From positions 1-49,029 of IMG/VR virus record IMGVR_UViG_3300022852_000007: a stretch of DNA of 49,029 nucleotides, one strand, 5' to 3'. The notes under the pieces were generated by a model. It searched no databases, was not told the DNA's origin, and saw nothing but the letters and a program-made list of their open reading frames with translations. Origin of the DNA: a virus. Taxonomy: Duplodnaviria; Caudoviricetes. A program made the translations under genes and the position numbers. Shown one piece after another: positions 27,879 through 36,233 of this stretch (its first letter is position 1; the number at the start of each line of letters is the position of its first letter).

Positions 27879-28193
27879 ATGAACACTACTGTTGAGCACA
27901 AAGCCGTTGTTGTAGCTGCGCTGGACGCCGTAGGTGTCACAGCCTCTGATGACCAATCCCTGTCGCCTGCCCAGGCGCGCCTCCAAAAGGCCGCTGACCT
28001 CTACCTGACTGACGCCCAACTCAACACCCTCACCGCTGCAGGCCAGCGCGGCTGGAAAGGGCGCTCGATAGTCACCGACGTGAAGACCCGCCAGGCTGCA
28101 GTGTCCATCACGCGCGGCACCGCCGTGGCCTGGGTCATGCCTGATGGTCGCGTAGAGGGCGAAGAGTTTCTTGTGAAGGGCATGCTTCACTGA
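27879..28193 (+). CDS. Hypothetical early protein
   Basis: 104 aa, GAGG RBS, biased codons. Confidence 0.75.
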   Translation: MNTTVEHKAVVVAALDAVGVTASDDQSLSPAQARLQKAADLYLTDAQLNTLTAAGQRGWKGRSIVTDVKTRQAAVSITRGTAVAWVMPDGRVEGEEFLVKGMLH

Positions 28194-28203
28194 TGTCCTT
28201 GGG

Positions 28204-28275
28204 TTGCCGGTCCCTCACAACCGGCGTAAAATTCTGGAACCGGCCAGCGGTATTCGCTTGGCCGGTTCACTTTTG
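28204..28275 (+). promoter_or_regulatory. Promoter TTGCCG-N17-TAAAAT plus downstream hairpin
   Basis: GAACCGGCCA 28237-46 / TGGCCGGTTC 28259-68 then ACTTTT. Confidence 0.55.
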
Positions 28276-28283
28276 GAGTTGAT

Positions 28284-28589
28284 ATGCGTCGCATTATCGT
28301 TTCATTGAACTTGACAAAGCTTGGGCTTAAGAAAAACACAATAGCCCTAGCGCTGTTTTGTGAGTGTGATGACTTTGGTTTCGGCACCCTTCGATACGCC
28401 AACTTTGATGAAGGTGATGTCGTCCTGCAGTTCGATTATGACGGCAACATGCTCCCAAAACAATTCAACCAAAACATCGAATCTGCAGCCGTTGCCATCG
28501 CAGCACGTTGCATCGAGCAGGCCAAAGATGATAAGTTCATCAACTATGAAGCCGATGGCCTAAACCTTGTGTACAAAGGAAACCGCTGA
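28284..28589 (+). CDS. Hypothetical protein
   Basis: 101 aa, GGAG RBS. Confidence 0.7.
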   Translation: MRRIIVSLNLTKLGLKKNTIALALFCECDDFGFGTLRYANFDEGDVVLQFDYDGNMLPKQFNQNIESAAVAIAARCIEQAKDDKFINYEADGLNLVYKGNR

Positions 28590-29023
28590 TGAATAAAATG
28601 GACATTTTGGCGACGGCAATTGTCTGTGCGCATATCGACAGCAAGCATGCTGTTGGCAGCTTGACATGGGCCAAAGATATCGCCAACGCGCTGGTGCTTC
28701 TCGGTTTGAAGGAAGGTCCAGAAAGGCTGGATCGCGTTCGCCTTGAGCTGGACGTCTCGACCTCCTTGGCGAAGGGGCAGGTGAAGGAAATTGCTGCGCT
28801 GATCCCGCGTGCTGCTTTTGCTGACTCGCTTTTGGCAGTGTATCGCGGCCAGTTCGAAGATCGTGTGCGCGAAGCTGGGTATGGCGAACTTGACTTGGTT
28901 CGCGACGGTGACGGAGAGTACAAGCACCAGGCAGTCAAGGCCGCGTGGGATGCTGCGATGAAGTTCGTTCACCTCAATGATCCGCCCATTGACCTGCCGG
29001 TCTGCCGTCCAGGAGCGTGCTGA
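28589..29023 (+). CDS. Hypothetical protein
   Basis: 144 aa, TGATG coupling. Confidence 0.7.
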   Translation: MNKMDILATAIVCAHIDSKHAVGSLTWAKDIANALVLLGLKEGPERLDRVRLELDVSTSLAKGQVKEIAALIPRAAFADSLLAVYRGQFEDRVREAGYGELDLVRDGDGEYKHQAVKAAWDAAMKFVHLNDPPIDLPVCRPGAC

Positions 29024-29404
29024 ATGAGAATCATCGACGCAGACAAACAAGCTCGTGTAGTTGACAACCAGGAAATGCGCAACATCGCGCGCCAAGGCAT
29101 CATCCAGGAGCGGCCTGACCACGGCTTTTGGGCCAAACTTTTCGGTTTGACGCCAGTACGAATTATTGACGGGCACATCGTCGCCCAGATCAAGAATGGC
29201 AAGACCACATTCTACATCAGGCTTTACTATAAGCAGATGCGTCTGTTTGGTGAAGTGTCCTTCAGCGCTTACAGCAAGACGTGCTTTCCTGGCGGCGATG
29301 AACATCCAGAGTATTTTGATGATCGCGAAGAAGCCATTGACAGACTTCTGATCATTGCTGATCGGGAAAAGTTTATTCCTGGCAAAGGAGGGATCTTTTT
29401 GTGA
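29024..29404 (+). CDS. Hypothetical protein
   Basis: 126 aa, AGGAG RBS. Confidence 0.7.
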   Translation: MRIIDADKQARVVDNQEMRNIARQGIIQERPDHGFWAKLFGLTPVRIIDGHIVAQIKNGKTTFYIRLYYKQMRLFGEVSFSAYSKTCFPGGDEHPEYFDDREEAIDRLLIIADREKFIPGKGGIFL

Positions 29405-29538
29405 GCATCGAGTCCAAAGCACGTTCGGCATTCAAGCGCAGCGCACGTTCTCTTCTGGAAGTTGGCGCCTTTATCGGCTTCTGCTTTGTTCTTTACTGTG
29501 TGATTAAGGTCTGTGAAAGCCTGGAGGGCAAAGTTTGA
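29401..29538 (+). CDS. Small membrane protein (45 aa)
   Basis: Hand-translated from GTG after GGAGGG: MSIESKARSAFKRSARSLLEVGAFIGFCFVLYCVIKVCESLEGKV. Confidence 0.55.
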   Translation: MSIESKARSAFKRSARSLLEVGAFIGFCFVLYCVIKVCESLEGKV

Positions 29539-29705
29539 TGTCAAAACAAACATGGTGGGTCGGCTATCCGACTGGTGGTGCCCCATATCTGTACCTTAAG
29601 GTGGAAGGGTCTGGGCAAGTCTCCATTAGCATCAAGAAGTTTCCTGACCGCGCATACATGCGCACAGTAACAACCCAGTTGAAGCGCCACATGGGCCTGG
29701 CATGA
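29538..29705 (+). CDS. Small hypothetical protein (55 aa)
   Basis: Hand-translated MSKQTWWVGYPTGGAPYLYLKV...; GGAGGG RBS, coupled at both ends. Confidence 0.55.
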   Translation: MSKQTWWVGYPTGGAPYLYLKVEGSGQVSISIKKFPDRAYMRTVTTQLKRHMGLA

Positions 29706-29872
29706 AGACCGATCCCAACAAGGCGTGTGCAAATGTTGAAGAGCGAAAGCTTTGGGCGATCATTCACGACGGCATCGCCCATCCGCTCATGGCAATCAGC
29801 AACTTTTCTACTTGGTCCATTCGCTTCCATGACTGGACTTCGCAGAAGGCATGGCCGCGCTGCAAGAAATAG
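29702..29872 (+). CDS. Small hypothetical protein (56 aa)
   Basis: Hand-translated MKTDPNKACANVEERKLWAIIHDGIAHPLMA...FHDWTSQKAWPRCKK; ATGA overlap. Confidence 0.6.
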   Translation: MKTDPNKACANVEERKLWAIIHDGIAHPLMAISNFSTWSIRFHDWTSQKAWPRCKK

Positions 29873-29873
29873 G

Positions 29874-29914
29874 TTGCCGATCTTTTGAGGGTGGCGCATA
29901 ATAACGTCACCTTT
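29874..29914 (+). promoter_or_regulatory. Promoter TTGCCG-N17-CATAAT in hairpin
   Basis: GAGGGTGGCG 29887-96 pairs (with G-U) with CGTCACCTTT 29905-14. Confidence 0.65.
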
Positions 29915-29935
29915 GATTAATATTGGAGTTCTGCC

Positions 29936-30112
29936 ATGATAGAGCAATTGAAGATGCTTCTTGACGCAGCACGTTGGCGTGCGCACAAATCCCGTGACGA
30001 TGGAAAGTCTTATCACCACACCTCTGTTTGCGAAGAACTCGTCCGCGACCTTGAGGGTGCTCTGTACACTGCCGAGCGTGAAGAAAGCTTGCGAGATGAA
30101 TCAGACGATTAA
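29936..30112 (+). CDS. Small hypothetical protein (58 aa)
   Basis: Hand-translated MIEQLKMLLDAARWRAHK...; GGAG RBS directly after promoter. Confidence 0.6.
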   Translation: MIEQLKMLLDAARWRAHKSRDDGKSYHHTSVCEELVRDLEGALYTAEREESLRDESDD

Positions 30113-30347
30113 GGATTTGGTCATGGAACATAGAATCGCACCAAACCCTCTTGCAGTTCCTGTGAATCGTTTCCAGGCACTTGACGGCTCGTTGCACGAA
30201 ACAGAAGAAGGCGCCTTGGCAAGCAGCGCATACAAGCAGATTTCTGACGGAATCGCTGCTTGCACCTCTCACAATGAGCTTGATGAAGAGGACTTCATCT
30301 GCTGGCTCTTCAAAAACTTCAACGTTACCAAGAAAGAATCAGAATGA
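30096..30347 (+). CDS. Hypothetical protein
   Basis: C-terminal part of track ORF 29961-30347; start ATG 30096 or 30123. Confidence 0.55.
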   Translation: MNQTIKDLVMEHRIAPNPLAVPVNRFQALDGSLHETEEGALASSAYKQISDGIAACTSHNELDEEDFICWLFKNFNVTKKESE

Positions 30348-30862
30348 ACCTGGAAAAGATTAAAGCGCACCAAGAATTCCTGGCCAACCAACCAGAGGCG
30401 CGTGCACTTCAGCGCTCGCTGAAGAACGGCGACCAGATCATTTGCACCGAAGAGGCATTCTTCACTTATTCTGGGTGCAAAGAGTTGGCGGTTTCACAGT
30501 TGGTTGGCGACATGGTTTATGTCAACGGCAACGGACTTGGAACGATCCGCAGGCCATCTGACGGCGAAATCCTGCCGACAATCGGCAACTCGGTGCAGGG
30601 TGCTCTCATCAACCAGCAGCCGTACCATCACCCGCTAAAGCCAAAGGACAGTCGCCCAAACCGCCTGGGTCTTTGCACCGGGTTGAATGTCGGAACATTC
30701 CGGCTAGCCACGCACGAAGATCCTGGCTATCTAGATACACGCGACGGCTGGTCGTTGTACTATGAGCGTGAACTGAAACGTGAACGCGCCATTTCGTTCA
30801 TCGCCACCTCAGCAGCGCTTGTCCTTTTGTCGATGTTGCTCACGCAGATGGTGCCGGCATGA
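30344..30862 (+). CDS. Hypothetical protein with C-terminal TM helix
   Basis: 172 aa, ATGA overlap. Confidence 0.7.
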   Translation: MNLEKIKAHQEFLANQPEARALQRSLKNGDQIICTEEAFFTYSGCKELAVSQLVGDMVYVNGNGLGTIRRPSDGEILPTIGNSVQGALINQQPYHHPLKPKDSRPNRLGLCTGLNVGTFRLATHEDPGYLDTRDGWSLYYERELKRERAISFIATSAALVLLSMLLTQMVPA

Positions 30863-31467
30863 AGCCGATAACCTTGCCAAAATGGCTATCAACCGGCTTG
30901 AAGAAGGTCACCACCAAGTCAGGCGGCAGCATGACAGCCGACCATGTAGTTCTTTTGTTCGCCCTCAGCCTTCGCATCTACGACTGCGCCGATAAGCTGC
31001 GCGGCCTGGCAGGTCGCCTGGAATCTAAAGTGCCAATGGAGATTCAACCGAAGATGAAGGCGATTCGCCGCGAGCCGGATGACTACAAAGTGTTCGGCGC
31101 AGTTATGAAGATCATCAACCTGTCCACTGACCAAATGGGCATCCTGAAGGGACAACGGATCAAGCGTAACGCTGAGATCGCTGACGAGGCACCTGCTGCG
31201 GACGGTGCTACGGCCAGACTGCTGGAGTTGCATTCGATTGGCATCGTTGAGTCGCCGATTGACCAAAACTGCCAGGTTGATAAAGCCGATGAAACCAAAG
31301 ATGGCTGGGGCTGGCCATTTGCTGCTTCCACAACCAAGGCGCATTTCTTCATTCACGGCAAGGCGTTGTGCGGGAAGTGGAAGAACGCAGAAAATCTGGT
31401 GTACGCTTCCAACCGTGAACGCTGCGCCACCTGCAAGCGCATGCTACTGAAAGTTACAGGGGCTTAA
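30859..31467 (+). CDS. Hypothetical protein with C-terminal Cys/His motif
   Basis: 202 aa; KAHFF...ALCGKW...CATC. Confidence 0.7.
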   Translation: MKPITLPKWLSTGLKKVTTKSGGSMTADHVVLLFALSLRIYDCADKLRGLAGRLESKVPMEIQPKMKAIRREPDDYKVFGAVMKIINLSTDQMGILKGQRIKRNAEIADEAPAADGATARLLELHSIGIVESPIDQNCQVDKADETKDGWGWPFAASTTKAHFFIHGKALCGKWKNAENLVYASNRERCATCKRMLLKVTGA

Positions 31468-31468
31468 T

Positions 31469-31705
31469 ATGGCAGATTTCAAGAGAGGCGACATAATTCG
31501 TTACTCTGTTGGATCTTCGGCCTTGGCGCGCCTGGAATCGCCTCACGCCGGTGGTTGGCACGCGGTTCATTGCATGGGTGGCTATATCTTTGTCAGCGAG
31601 GGCTACCCGCGCCCTATGCAGGCCGCGACTGCAGAAGACGTGGAAAAGTTCAATGAACTTAGAGCCAAGACCCTTCGCCAGCAAGGCCGAACTGAACAAG
31701 GCTGA
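31469..31705 (+). CDS. Hypothetical protein
   Basis: 78 aa, AGGGG RBS. Confidence 0.65.
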   Translation: MADFKRGDIIRYSVGSSALARLESPHAGGWHAVHCMGGYIFVSEGYPRPMQAATAEDVEKFNELRAKTLRQQGRTEQG

Positions 31706-31713
31706 AGTAATCG

Positions 31714-31779
31714 CTTGCCTTCCAGTCAGAGGTGACGCATAATCACCTCTACAGAAACGAAATCGCCCTGGAGGGCAAG
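31714..31779 (+). promoter_or_regulatory. Promoter TTGCCT-N17-CATAAT in nested hairpin occluding RBS
   Basis: AGAGGTGA/TCACCTCT inner stem; CTTGCCTTCCAG/CTGGAGGGCAAG outer stem includes the SD. Confidence 0.8.
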
Positions 31780-31782
31780 ACT

Positions 31783-32031
31783 ATGGACCAAGTATATGCC
31801 GTTGGCTTTGCTGATCAACTACCTTGCAATCGCAATAACTTCCGTTTTGGTATTGGCGCAACGTTGTTTTTCAACGAGGCCGATGCGATTGCATTTAAGG
31901 GCACAACCCTTTATTCCGTCTGCAAGGTTGATGTTTTTGATGCAGTAGCAACGATCCTTCGCCAAGATGGTGTACAACGTCGTCACGCAGAAAGCCTCGG
32001 CATGGCCTGGGAAGCACCAGCCAGAACCTGA
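31783..32031 (+). CDS. Hypothetical protein
   Basis: MDQVYAVGF...; GGAGGG RBS. Confidence 0.7.
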   Translation: MDQVYAVGFADQLPCNRNNFRFGIGATLFFNEADAIAFKGTTLYSVCKVDVFDAVATILRQDGVQRRHAESLGMAWEAPART

Positions 32032-32048
32032 TGAAATACCAACCAAAC

Positions 32049-32070
32049 AAGCCCCTTAACTGGGGCTTTG
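32049..32070 (+). terminator. Intrinsic terminator
   Basis: AAGCCCC-TTAACT-GGGGCTTT. Confidence 0.65.
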
Positions 32071-32118
32071 CCAGTACCGAAGCCAGCCGGTTGCCTGGCG
32101 ATGATATGGAAACGATTC

Positions 32119-32544
32119 ATGCTCAAGAAAACATTGGCGCTTGCTGTTGCCCTGTCTGCCATTGCCCTGTCCGGTTGCCAACAGGATGACGCCAAGATTG
32201 CGTCTCGAAACCTGTCCAAGGCCGCTGACAACTTCGAAGTGAACCGGCGCATCGTCTTCATCAACGGCTTCACCGATAAATACCTTCTGACCATCGAAGG
32301 GCGCTGCGCATTCGAAGTCGAAAGCAGCGCCAAGCCAAAGGTGGCAGTAACCTGCAAGACCGGTCCAAACGCCTACAAGAAGCACTCCCTGGGTCTGTCG
32401 GACAACGTCACATTCTTCAGCGAGCAGCTGGAAAGCACCGACGTTTCGGTGTACCACTACCGCGTGACGTTCAAACCTCAGTCCATCATCAGTGACTGGG
32501 ACTTCCGTGGCAGCACCACCGACCTCCCACGCGACCAAAAGTAA
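32119..32544 (+). CDS. Phage lipoprotein
   Basis: Signal peptide MLKKTLALAVALSAIALSG-C (lipobox); ASRNLSKAADNFEVNRRIVFING..HSLGLSDNVTFFSEQ is a widespread phage lipoprotein pattern. Confidence 0.85.
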   Translation: MLKKTLALAVALSAIALSGCQQDDAKIASRNLSKAADNFEVNRRIVFINGFTDKYLLTIEGRCAFEVESSAKPKVAVTCKTGPNAYKKHSLGLSDNVTFFSEQLESTDVSVYHYRVTFKPQSIISDWDFRGSTTDLPRDQK

Positions 32545-32733
32545 TTGACCAGGAAGAAACCTGAAACGCGCCCTGTTGAAGAGTGCGTTTCACACGCCCG
32601 CAACATTAATCGCGCGCTGGTAGGCCACAAGGCTGCCAACCGCTGGTATCAGTACCGGTTCGCGCTTGGATTCCGCTCTATGTGGATGAACGAGGCGCGC
32701 AAGGCCAAGGAGTTGAAATGCACGACATCTTGA
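32545..32733 (+). CDS. Small basic hypothetical protein
   Basis: 62 aa filling the gap; TTG start, weak RBS. Confidence 0.45.
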   Translation: MTRKKPETRPVEECVSHARNINRALVGHKAANRWYQYRFALGFRSMWMNEARKAKELKCTTS

Positions 32734-33116
32734 TCAGCAAGCTGGACGGCTATGCCCTGGCGTATGCCGTGGCGATGGTAGAAGGTTTGGAGGTTGTCAT
32801 TGTGCCTCCGCAGTATGGCAACCCGCACCGCACATTCATCGTCAAGCGCGGCAAAGTGACGAATTGGCACGAGCTGTATGACCCGGTGAACCGTTGGGCT
32901 CAGGCTGGCCCGCTGTTGGACAAGCACCACATCGAATTCATGGCCCAGGTAGACGGCCAGGTCGGCGCGTTCGCCTACAGGAGCGACCAGCCTGTGGCTG
33001 AGGGGTTGCGCGGCAAAGGATTCGGCCCTAACCGTCGTATCGCCGCGCTGCGTGCCATCGTCGCGACCAAGAATAACACCACCGCCCAGATCCCTCCAGA
33101 ACTCTGGCAGGAATAA
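32718..33116 (+). CDS. NinX/DUF2591-family protein
   Basis: LDGYALAYAVAMVEG...YDPVNRWAQAGPLL...GPNRRIAALRAIV; AAGGAG before ATG 32718. Confidence 0.8.
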   Translation: MHDILISKLDGYALAYAVAMVEGLEVVIVPPQYGNPHRTFIVKRGKVTNWHELYDPVNRWAQAGPLLDKHHIEFMAQVDGQVGAFAYRSDQPVAEGLRGKGFGPNRRIAALRAIVATKNNTTAQIPPELWQE

Positions 33117-33117
33117 T

Positions 33118-33179
33118 CACTTGCCTTCCATTGTGGCTTGGCGCATAATCCCGCTCATACCTAACCAACGAGGTGAGTG
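33118..33179 (+). promoter_or_regulatory. Promoter TTGCCT-N17-CATAAT; -35 complementary to RBS
   Basis: CACTTGCCTT 33118-27 pairs (3 G-U) with GAGGTGAGTG 33170-79. Confidence 0.7.
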
Positions 33180-33181
33180 AA

Positions 33182-33478
33182 ATGCGCTCCAAGCCACAAA
33201 TGCTTTCTCTGTCCATCGCCATCGATATGGCTGACTATGTTCGCGCAGAATCCAAGTGCAAAGACTTCGGCGTGGACATCTGCGTTGCGGTTGATGGCGA
33301 TGATGTCAAGTTCTGCGTCATGGACCATACCGGCCCTGAATGTGTCGTTATCAGCCGTTATGTCGCCAGCCAGCTCAGCTTGCAGAAGGTCTATGGCATC
33401 GTTGAAGCTGCGATGGCAAAGATCGCCAACCGTTCTGTGCACGAAAGCAGCATGCCAACTGATGGAGAGAAGTTGTGA
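33182..33478 (+). CDS. Hypothetical protein
   Basis: MRSKPQ...; GAGG RBS. Confidence 0.7.
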   Translation: MRSKPQMLSLSIAIDMADYVRAESKCKDFGVDICVAVDGDDVKFCVMDHTGPECVVISRYVASQLSLQKVYGIVEAAMAKIANRSVHESSMPTDGEKL

Positions 33479-33657
33479 AGACCTGGGCTGCCAATCTGCA
33501 GAAAGACCTGGAAGCGGTCGGCGCGGAATTTGTGCGCGTTGACCAAGGCGGCGAGTCGTGGTGGGAGTGCCGTCTGGATGGCGACTCCGTTTCTGGCACA
33601 ATGCGCAAGTCTCTGGGCGATTGCATCCGTGCAGCCGCGCCAATGTTTGGAGAGTGA
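33475..33657 (+). CDS. Small hypothetical protein
   Basis: 60 aa, GGAG RBS, GTGA overlap. Confidence 0.65.
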   Translation: MKTWAANLQKDLEAVGAEFVRVDQGGESWWECRLDGDSVSGTMRKSLGDCIRAAAPMFGE

Positions 33658-33666
33658 CGGCGATTC

Positions 33667-33694
33667 TTGCTAAATGCCAGCTTTACGCTATACT
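33667..33694 (+). promoter_or_regulatory. Promoter TTGCTA-N16-TATACT
   Basis: Precedes CAGAAAGGA leader and ATG 33739. Confidence 0.55.
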
Positions 33695-33738
33695 CTGAGG
33701 TGCCGGCCTTCCGGTATCTCAGAAAGGAACAGAAAGAA

Positions 33739-33936
33739 ATGAAACTGGTACACTTGTATGAGATTGCCATCGGCGAGTTGTTCACAATCCCTGGGTTTCC
33801 AGAGGAAAGGTTTTCGCCGGTGCGCGCACCTCTGTGTCGCCAGGTCGAAGTGGTGTTGATGGAGAGCAAAACGCCAGAGTGCAAGGGTAGCAAGACCTGG
33901 ATGATGGCGAATGATTTGGTGTTTCGAGTAGATTGA
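33739..33936 (+). CDS. Small hypothetical protein
   Basis: MKLVHLYEIAIGE..., AAAGGA RBS. Confidence 0.65.
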   Translation: MKLVHLYEIAIGELFTIPGFPEERFSPVRAPLCRQVEVVLMESKTPECKGSKTWMMANDLVFRVD

Positions 33937-33988
33937 CCGACCACCCAGAGGCTCACACAGATCTGGGCGTTTCTGCGTCAAATAGTTG

Positions 33989-34035
33989 TTGATCGCCATT
34001 TGTGATAGGCTTATAATCAAATCACGTTAATGCGA
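33989..34035 (+). promoter_or_regulatory. Promoter TTGATC-N17-TATAAT in imperfect hairpin
   Basis: TCGCCATTTGTGAT versus ATCACGTTAATGCGA. Confidence 0.7.
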
Positions 34036-34053
34036 CGGCCTGGAGGCTGTGAA

Positions 34054-34434
34054 ATGAAGATCATTGTAACGAACATCAATCGTCTGCAACACTGCGATGT
34101 CATCAGTGAGCTGGCAGATTGTGCTGGGTTCGGTCACTCCTGTGTCGAGTTCAATCGCACCCACACCCTTGACCAGGCAATCGTTTACGTCGGCACCGTT
34201 GAGTCACGCGGAAAGGCTGGCATCCCTGAGGTCGAGCTGTACGGCCTCATCGCCAAAATCGCTATGCTTGGCGCAACTGTATCCGTTGAGTTGGACGGTG
34301 GTGAACGCGTCAAGACTTTTGCCAAGGTGAACGTGAACGGTCTGACGCGCTCGGAATTAAGCCAGCCTCTGCACGGGACAGCTGCAGAACCAGCCAAACC
34401 TTTCATCGATAGCCGATTCAACAAGGTGGAGTGA
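34054..34434 (+). CDS. Hypothetical protein
   Basis: MKIIVTNIN..., GGAGG RBS. Confidence 0.7.
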   Translation: MKIIVTNINRLQHCDVISELADCAGFGHSCVEFNRTHTLDQAIVYVGTVESRGKAGIPEVELYGLIAKIAMLGATVSVELDGGERVKTFAKVNVNGLTRSELSQPLHGTAAEPAKPFIDSRFNKVE

Positions 34435-34856
34435 TGGAAATTAAACACACGTTTGCGCCATCCACTCTGCCACCGGCCCGTCGCAAGTATGTGGCCGACT
34501 TCCTGCGATCCTGGATTAACTGGGCAGAGGCAGGCGGACACCCAGGCAACTTGCCTTTCCAGCGTGGCGATGGGCTGTGCATAGCAGCTATGCGCTGGGA
34601 TATCATGATGAATCCTTGTGATCCTATGAGCCCAGCCGTGGTGCTGTTGGAAATAGCCCACAAGGCTGTCGTGCATGAATTGACTTGGCAATTCAAGGGT
34701 TGTACAATTCCAAGTCGTCTGTATCCATTTCAAGACCAATCCGTGAACTGCGCATTCGACTTTCGGCGTGAATCGTCTGAAGGAGAGTGCTACCTCAACC
34801 CACAACGCCGCGCATGGGCGAAGGCGTATTTAGAAGCATTGGAGACATACAAGTGA
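34431..34856 (+). CDS. Hypothetical protein
   Basis: 141 aa, coupled to neighbours. Confidence 0.7.
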   Translation: MMEIKHTFAPSTLPPARRKYVADFLRSWINWAEAGGHPGNLPFQRGDGLCIAAMRWDIMMNPCDPMSPAVVLLEIAHKAVVHELTWQFKGCTIPSRLYPFQDQSVNCAFDFRRESSEGECYLNPQRRAWAKAYLEALETYK

Positions 34857-35161
34857 TGGCCCCTTCAATTCGTCGCATGTGGATCAACCAGCCTGCCACC
34901 ACGCAGCCATTCCACTCCCGCCACGGTGAGCATGTAATTGTTCTTGACGAGGCATGCACCAACGTTTACATCTATCCTTTGAGTGGCAAAGTCATCAGCC
35001 AGGTATTCCCGCGATTGTGTCTTTCCGATGGATGGCCAGATGTCAACCCCAAGACGGAAGCGGTTTTACTGTTGAAGTGGCTCCATGAGCATTTGGACTC
35101 AGACGCATGGTTTCGCCTGCCGAACTCAATACGAAGTCGCATAGATGAGGTGGTGAAGTGA
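34856..35161 (+). CDS. Hypothetical protein
   Basis: MAPSIRRMWINQP...HGEHV...LSDGW; TGATG coupling. Confidence 0.65.
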   Translation: MAPSIRRMWINQPATTQPFHSRHGEHVIVLDEACTNVYIYPLSGKVISQVFPRLCLSDGWPDVNPKTEAVLLLKWLHEHLDSDAWFRLPNSIRSRIDEVVK

Positions 35162-35412
35162 CCGCCCAGGCCTCCATCCTCAAGGTGCTGGCCGCTGCCC
35201 AGGAGGCTGGCGTGAACGTCGGCCATCCTACATTCCTGTATTGGATGTTCGAAGGCGCCCGCGTTCCAGAGCTGGATGAATGGGCGCTGACTCTGGGCTG
35301 GCGACCTGGCCAAGGCGACACCACACTGTATTGCGCGCTGGTGTGTCTCCCCATCGTCGGACCTCATGAGGCTGCCAAAATCTGTCAAGCAATTGAGGCG
35401 TATTGGAAATGA
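35158..35412 (+). CDS. Hypothetical protein
   Basis: 84 aa, GAGG RBS, GTGA overlap. Confidence 0.65.
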   Translation: MTAQASILKVLAAAQEAGVNVGHPTFLYWMFEGARVPELDEWALTLGWRPGQGDTTLYCALVCLPIVGPHEAAKICQAIEAYWK

Positions 35413-35675
35413 TCCAGTTGACTAACACCAAGGCCTGTCCGTTCTGCGGGAGCCAGCCGGAGTTGAGTATTTCGAATTCTGGCAGTGATGTGTTCGCACA
35501 TCTGATGTGCTCTTCGCGTTACATGTGCGGCGTCAAACCTCACACAAGTGGGATGAGCACTACCCACCATTGGGCGCGTGAGTACGGCAATAAACGACAC
35601 AGATCTGACGAAGAGGCAATGGCTGATGCAACCGACCGCGCCATTGAGAAGTGGAACAGGAGGTCTGGTGCATGA
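35409..35675 (+). CDS. Lar-family (restriction alleviation-like) Zn-ribbon protein
   Basis: KACPFCG...C....CG...AIEKWNRR signature. Confidence 0.75.
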   Translation: MIQLTNTKACPFCGSQPELSISNSGSDVFAHLMCSSRYMCGVKPHTSGMSTTHHWAREYGNKRHRSDEEAMADATDRAIEKWNRRSGA

Positions 35676-35986
35676 AACGAACACCAAAGCAGAAGTGGCG
35701 GAAGTTGTACAGTTGGACGCGGCTTATGTTCGCGATTCAAAACGCTGGCAATGGCCCACCGGTCGAAGTTGACGAGCGCATCAAGCGCTTGTGGCACAAC
35801 CCAGGCGATCCATTGCGGCACAAGCAGCCTGGGCGCAACATCGTGCTGTTGAATCGCAAGCGCAACGCCATTGCTCGTGGTCTGCCGTGGCACGGCTTCA
35901 ATCCGCACCGTGAGCAGATTAATTGTCGTTGTGTGGCGGTTCCGATTGCGGTACAACATATGCACGACAACGAGGCGCCAGAATGA
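35672..35986 (+). CDS. Basic protein with MuF-like INCRC motif
   Basis: AGGAGG RBS; C-terminal FNPHREQINCRCVAVPI. Confidence 0.65.
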   Translation: MKRTPKQKWRKLYSWTRLMFAIQNAGNGPPVEVDERIKRLWHNPGDPLRHKQPGRNIVLLNRKRNAIARGLPWHGFNPHREQINCRCVAVPIAVQHMHDNEAPE

Positions 35987-36016
35987 CCGAACAGATGTGG
36001 CTGGAGGGTTTGTGAA

Positions 36017-36157
36017 ATGAAGAAGACACCGGAAATGATGGAAGGCACCCACAAGCGCAATAGCGACCGCTGGGATGCTTGTGACGAAGACGGACGGGTC
36101 TTGAAGAGACACCCGAACAAACGCAAGAAGCAAGATTCAAAGTCAGGAAAGAAGTGA
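36017..36157 (+). CDS. Small basic peptide (46 aa)
   Basis: Hand-translated MKKTPEMMEGTHKRNSDRW...KKQDSKSGKK; GGAGGG RBS. Confidence 0.5.
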   Translation: MKKTPEMMEGTHKRNSDRWDACDEDGRVLKRHPNKRKKQDSKSGKK

Positions 36158-36165
36158 AATAAAGT

Positions 36166-36214
36166 GTTGCCTTTCGATCAAAGCCACGAGATAATGTGCT
36201 CATCGAAAGGCAAC
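36166..36214 (+). promoter_or_regulatory. Promoter TTGCCT-N17-GATAAT inside perfect 13-bp inverted repeat
   Basis: GTTGCCTTTCGAT 36166-78 / ATCGAAAGGCAAC 36202-14. Confidence 0.85.
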
Positions 36215-36233
36215 TACCAGAAAGGACAGAACG

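Noticed and set aside
32119-32544. Spanin or recombination directionality factor label for the lipoprotein
   Set aside because: No lysis genes or integrase nearby; the lipobox argues against an RDF.
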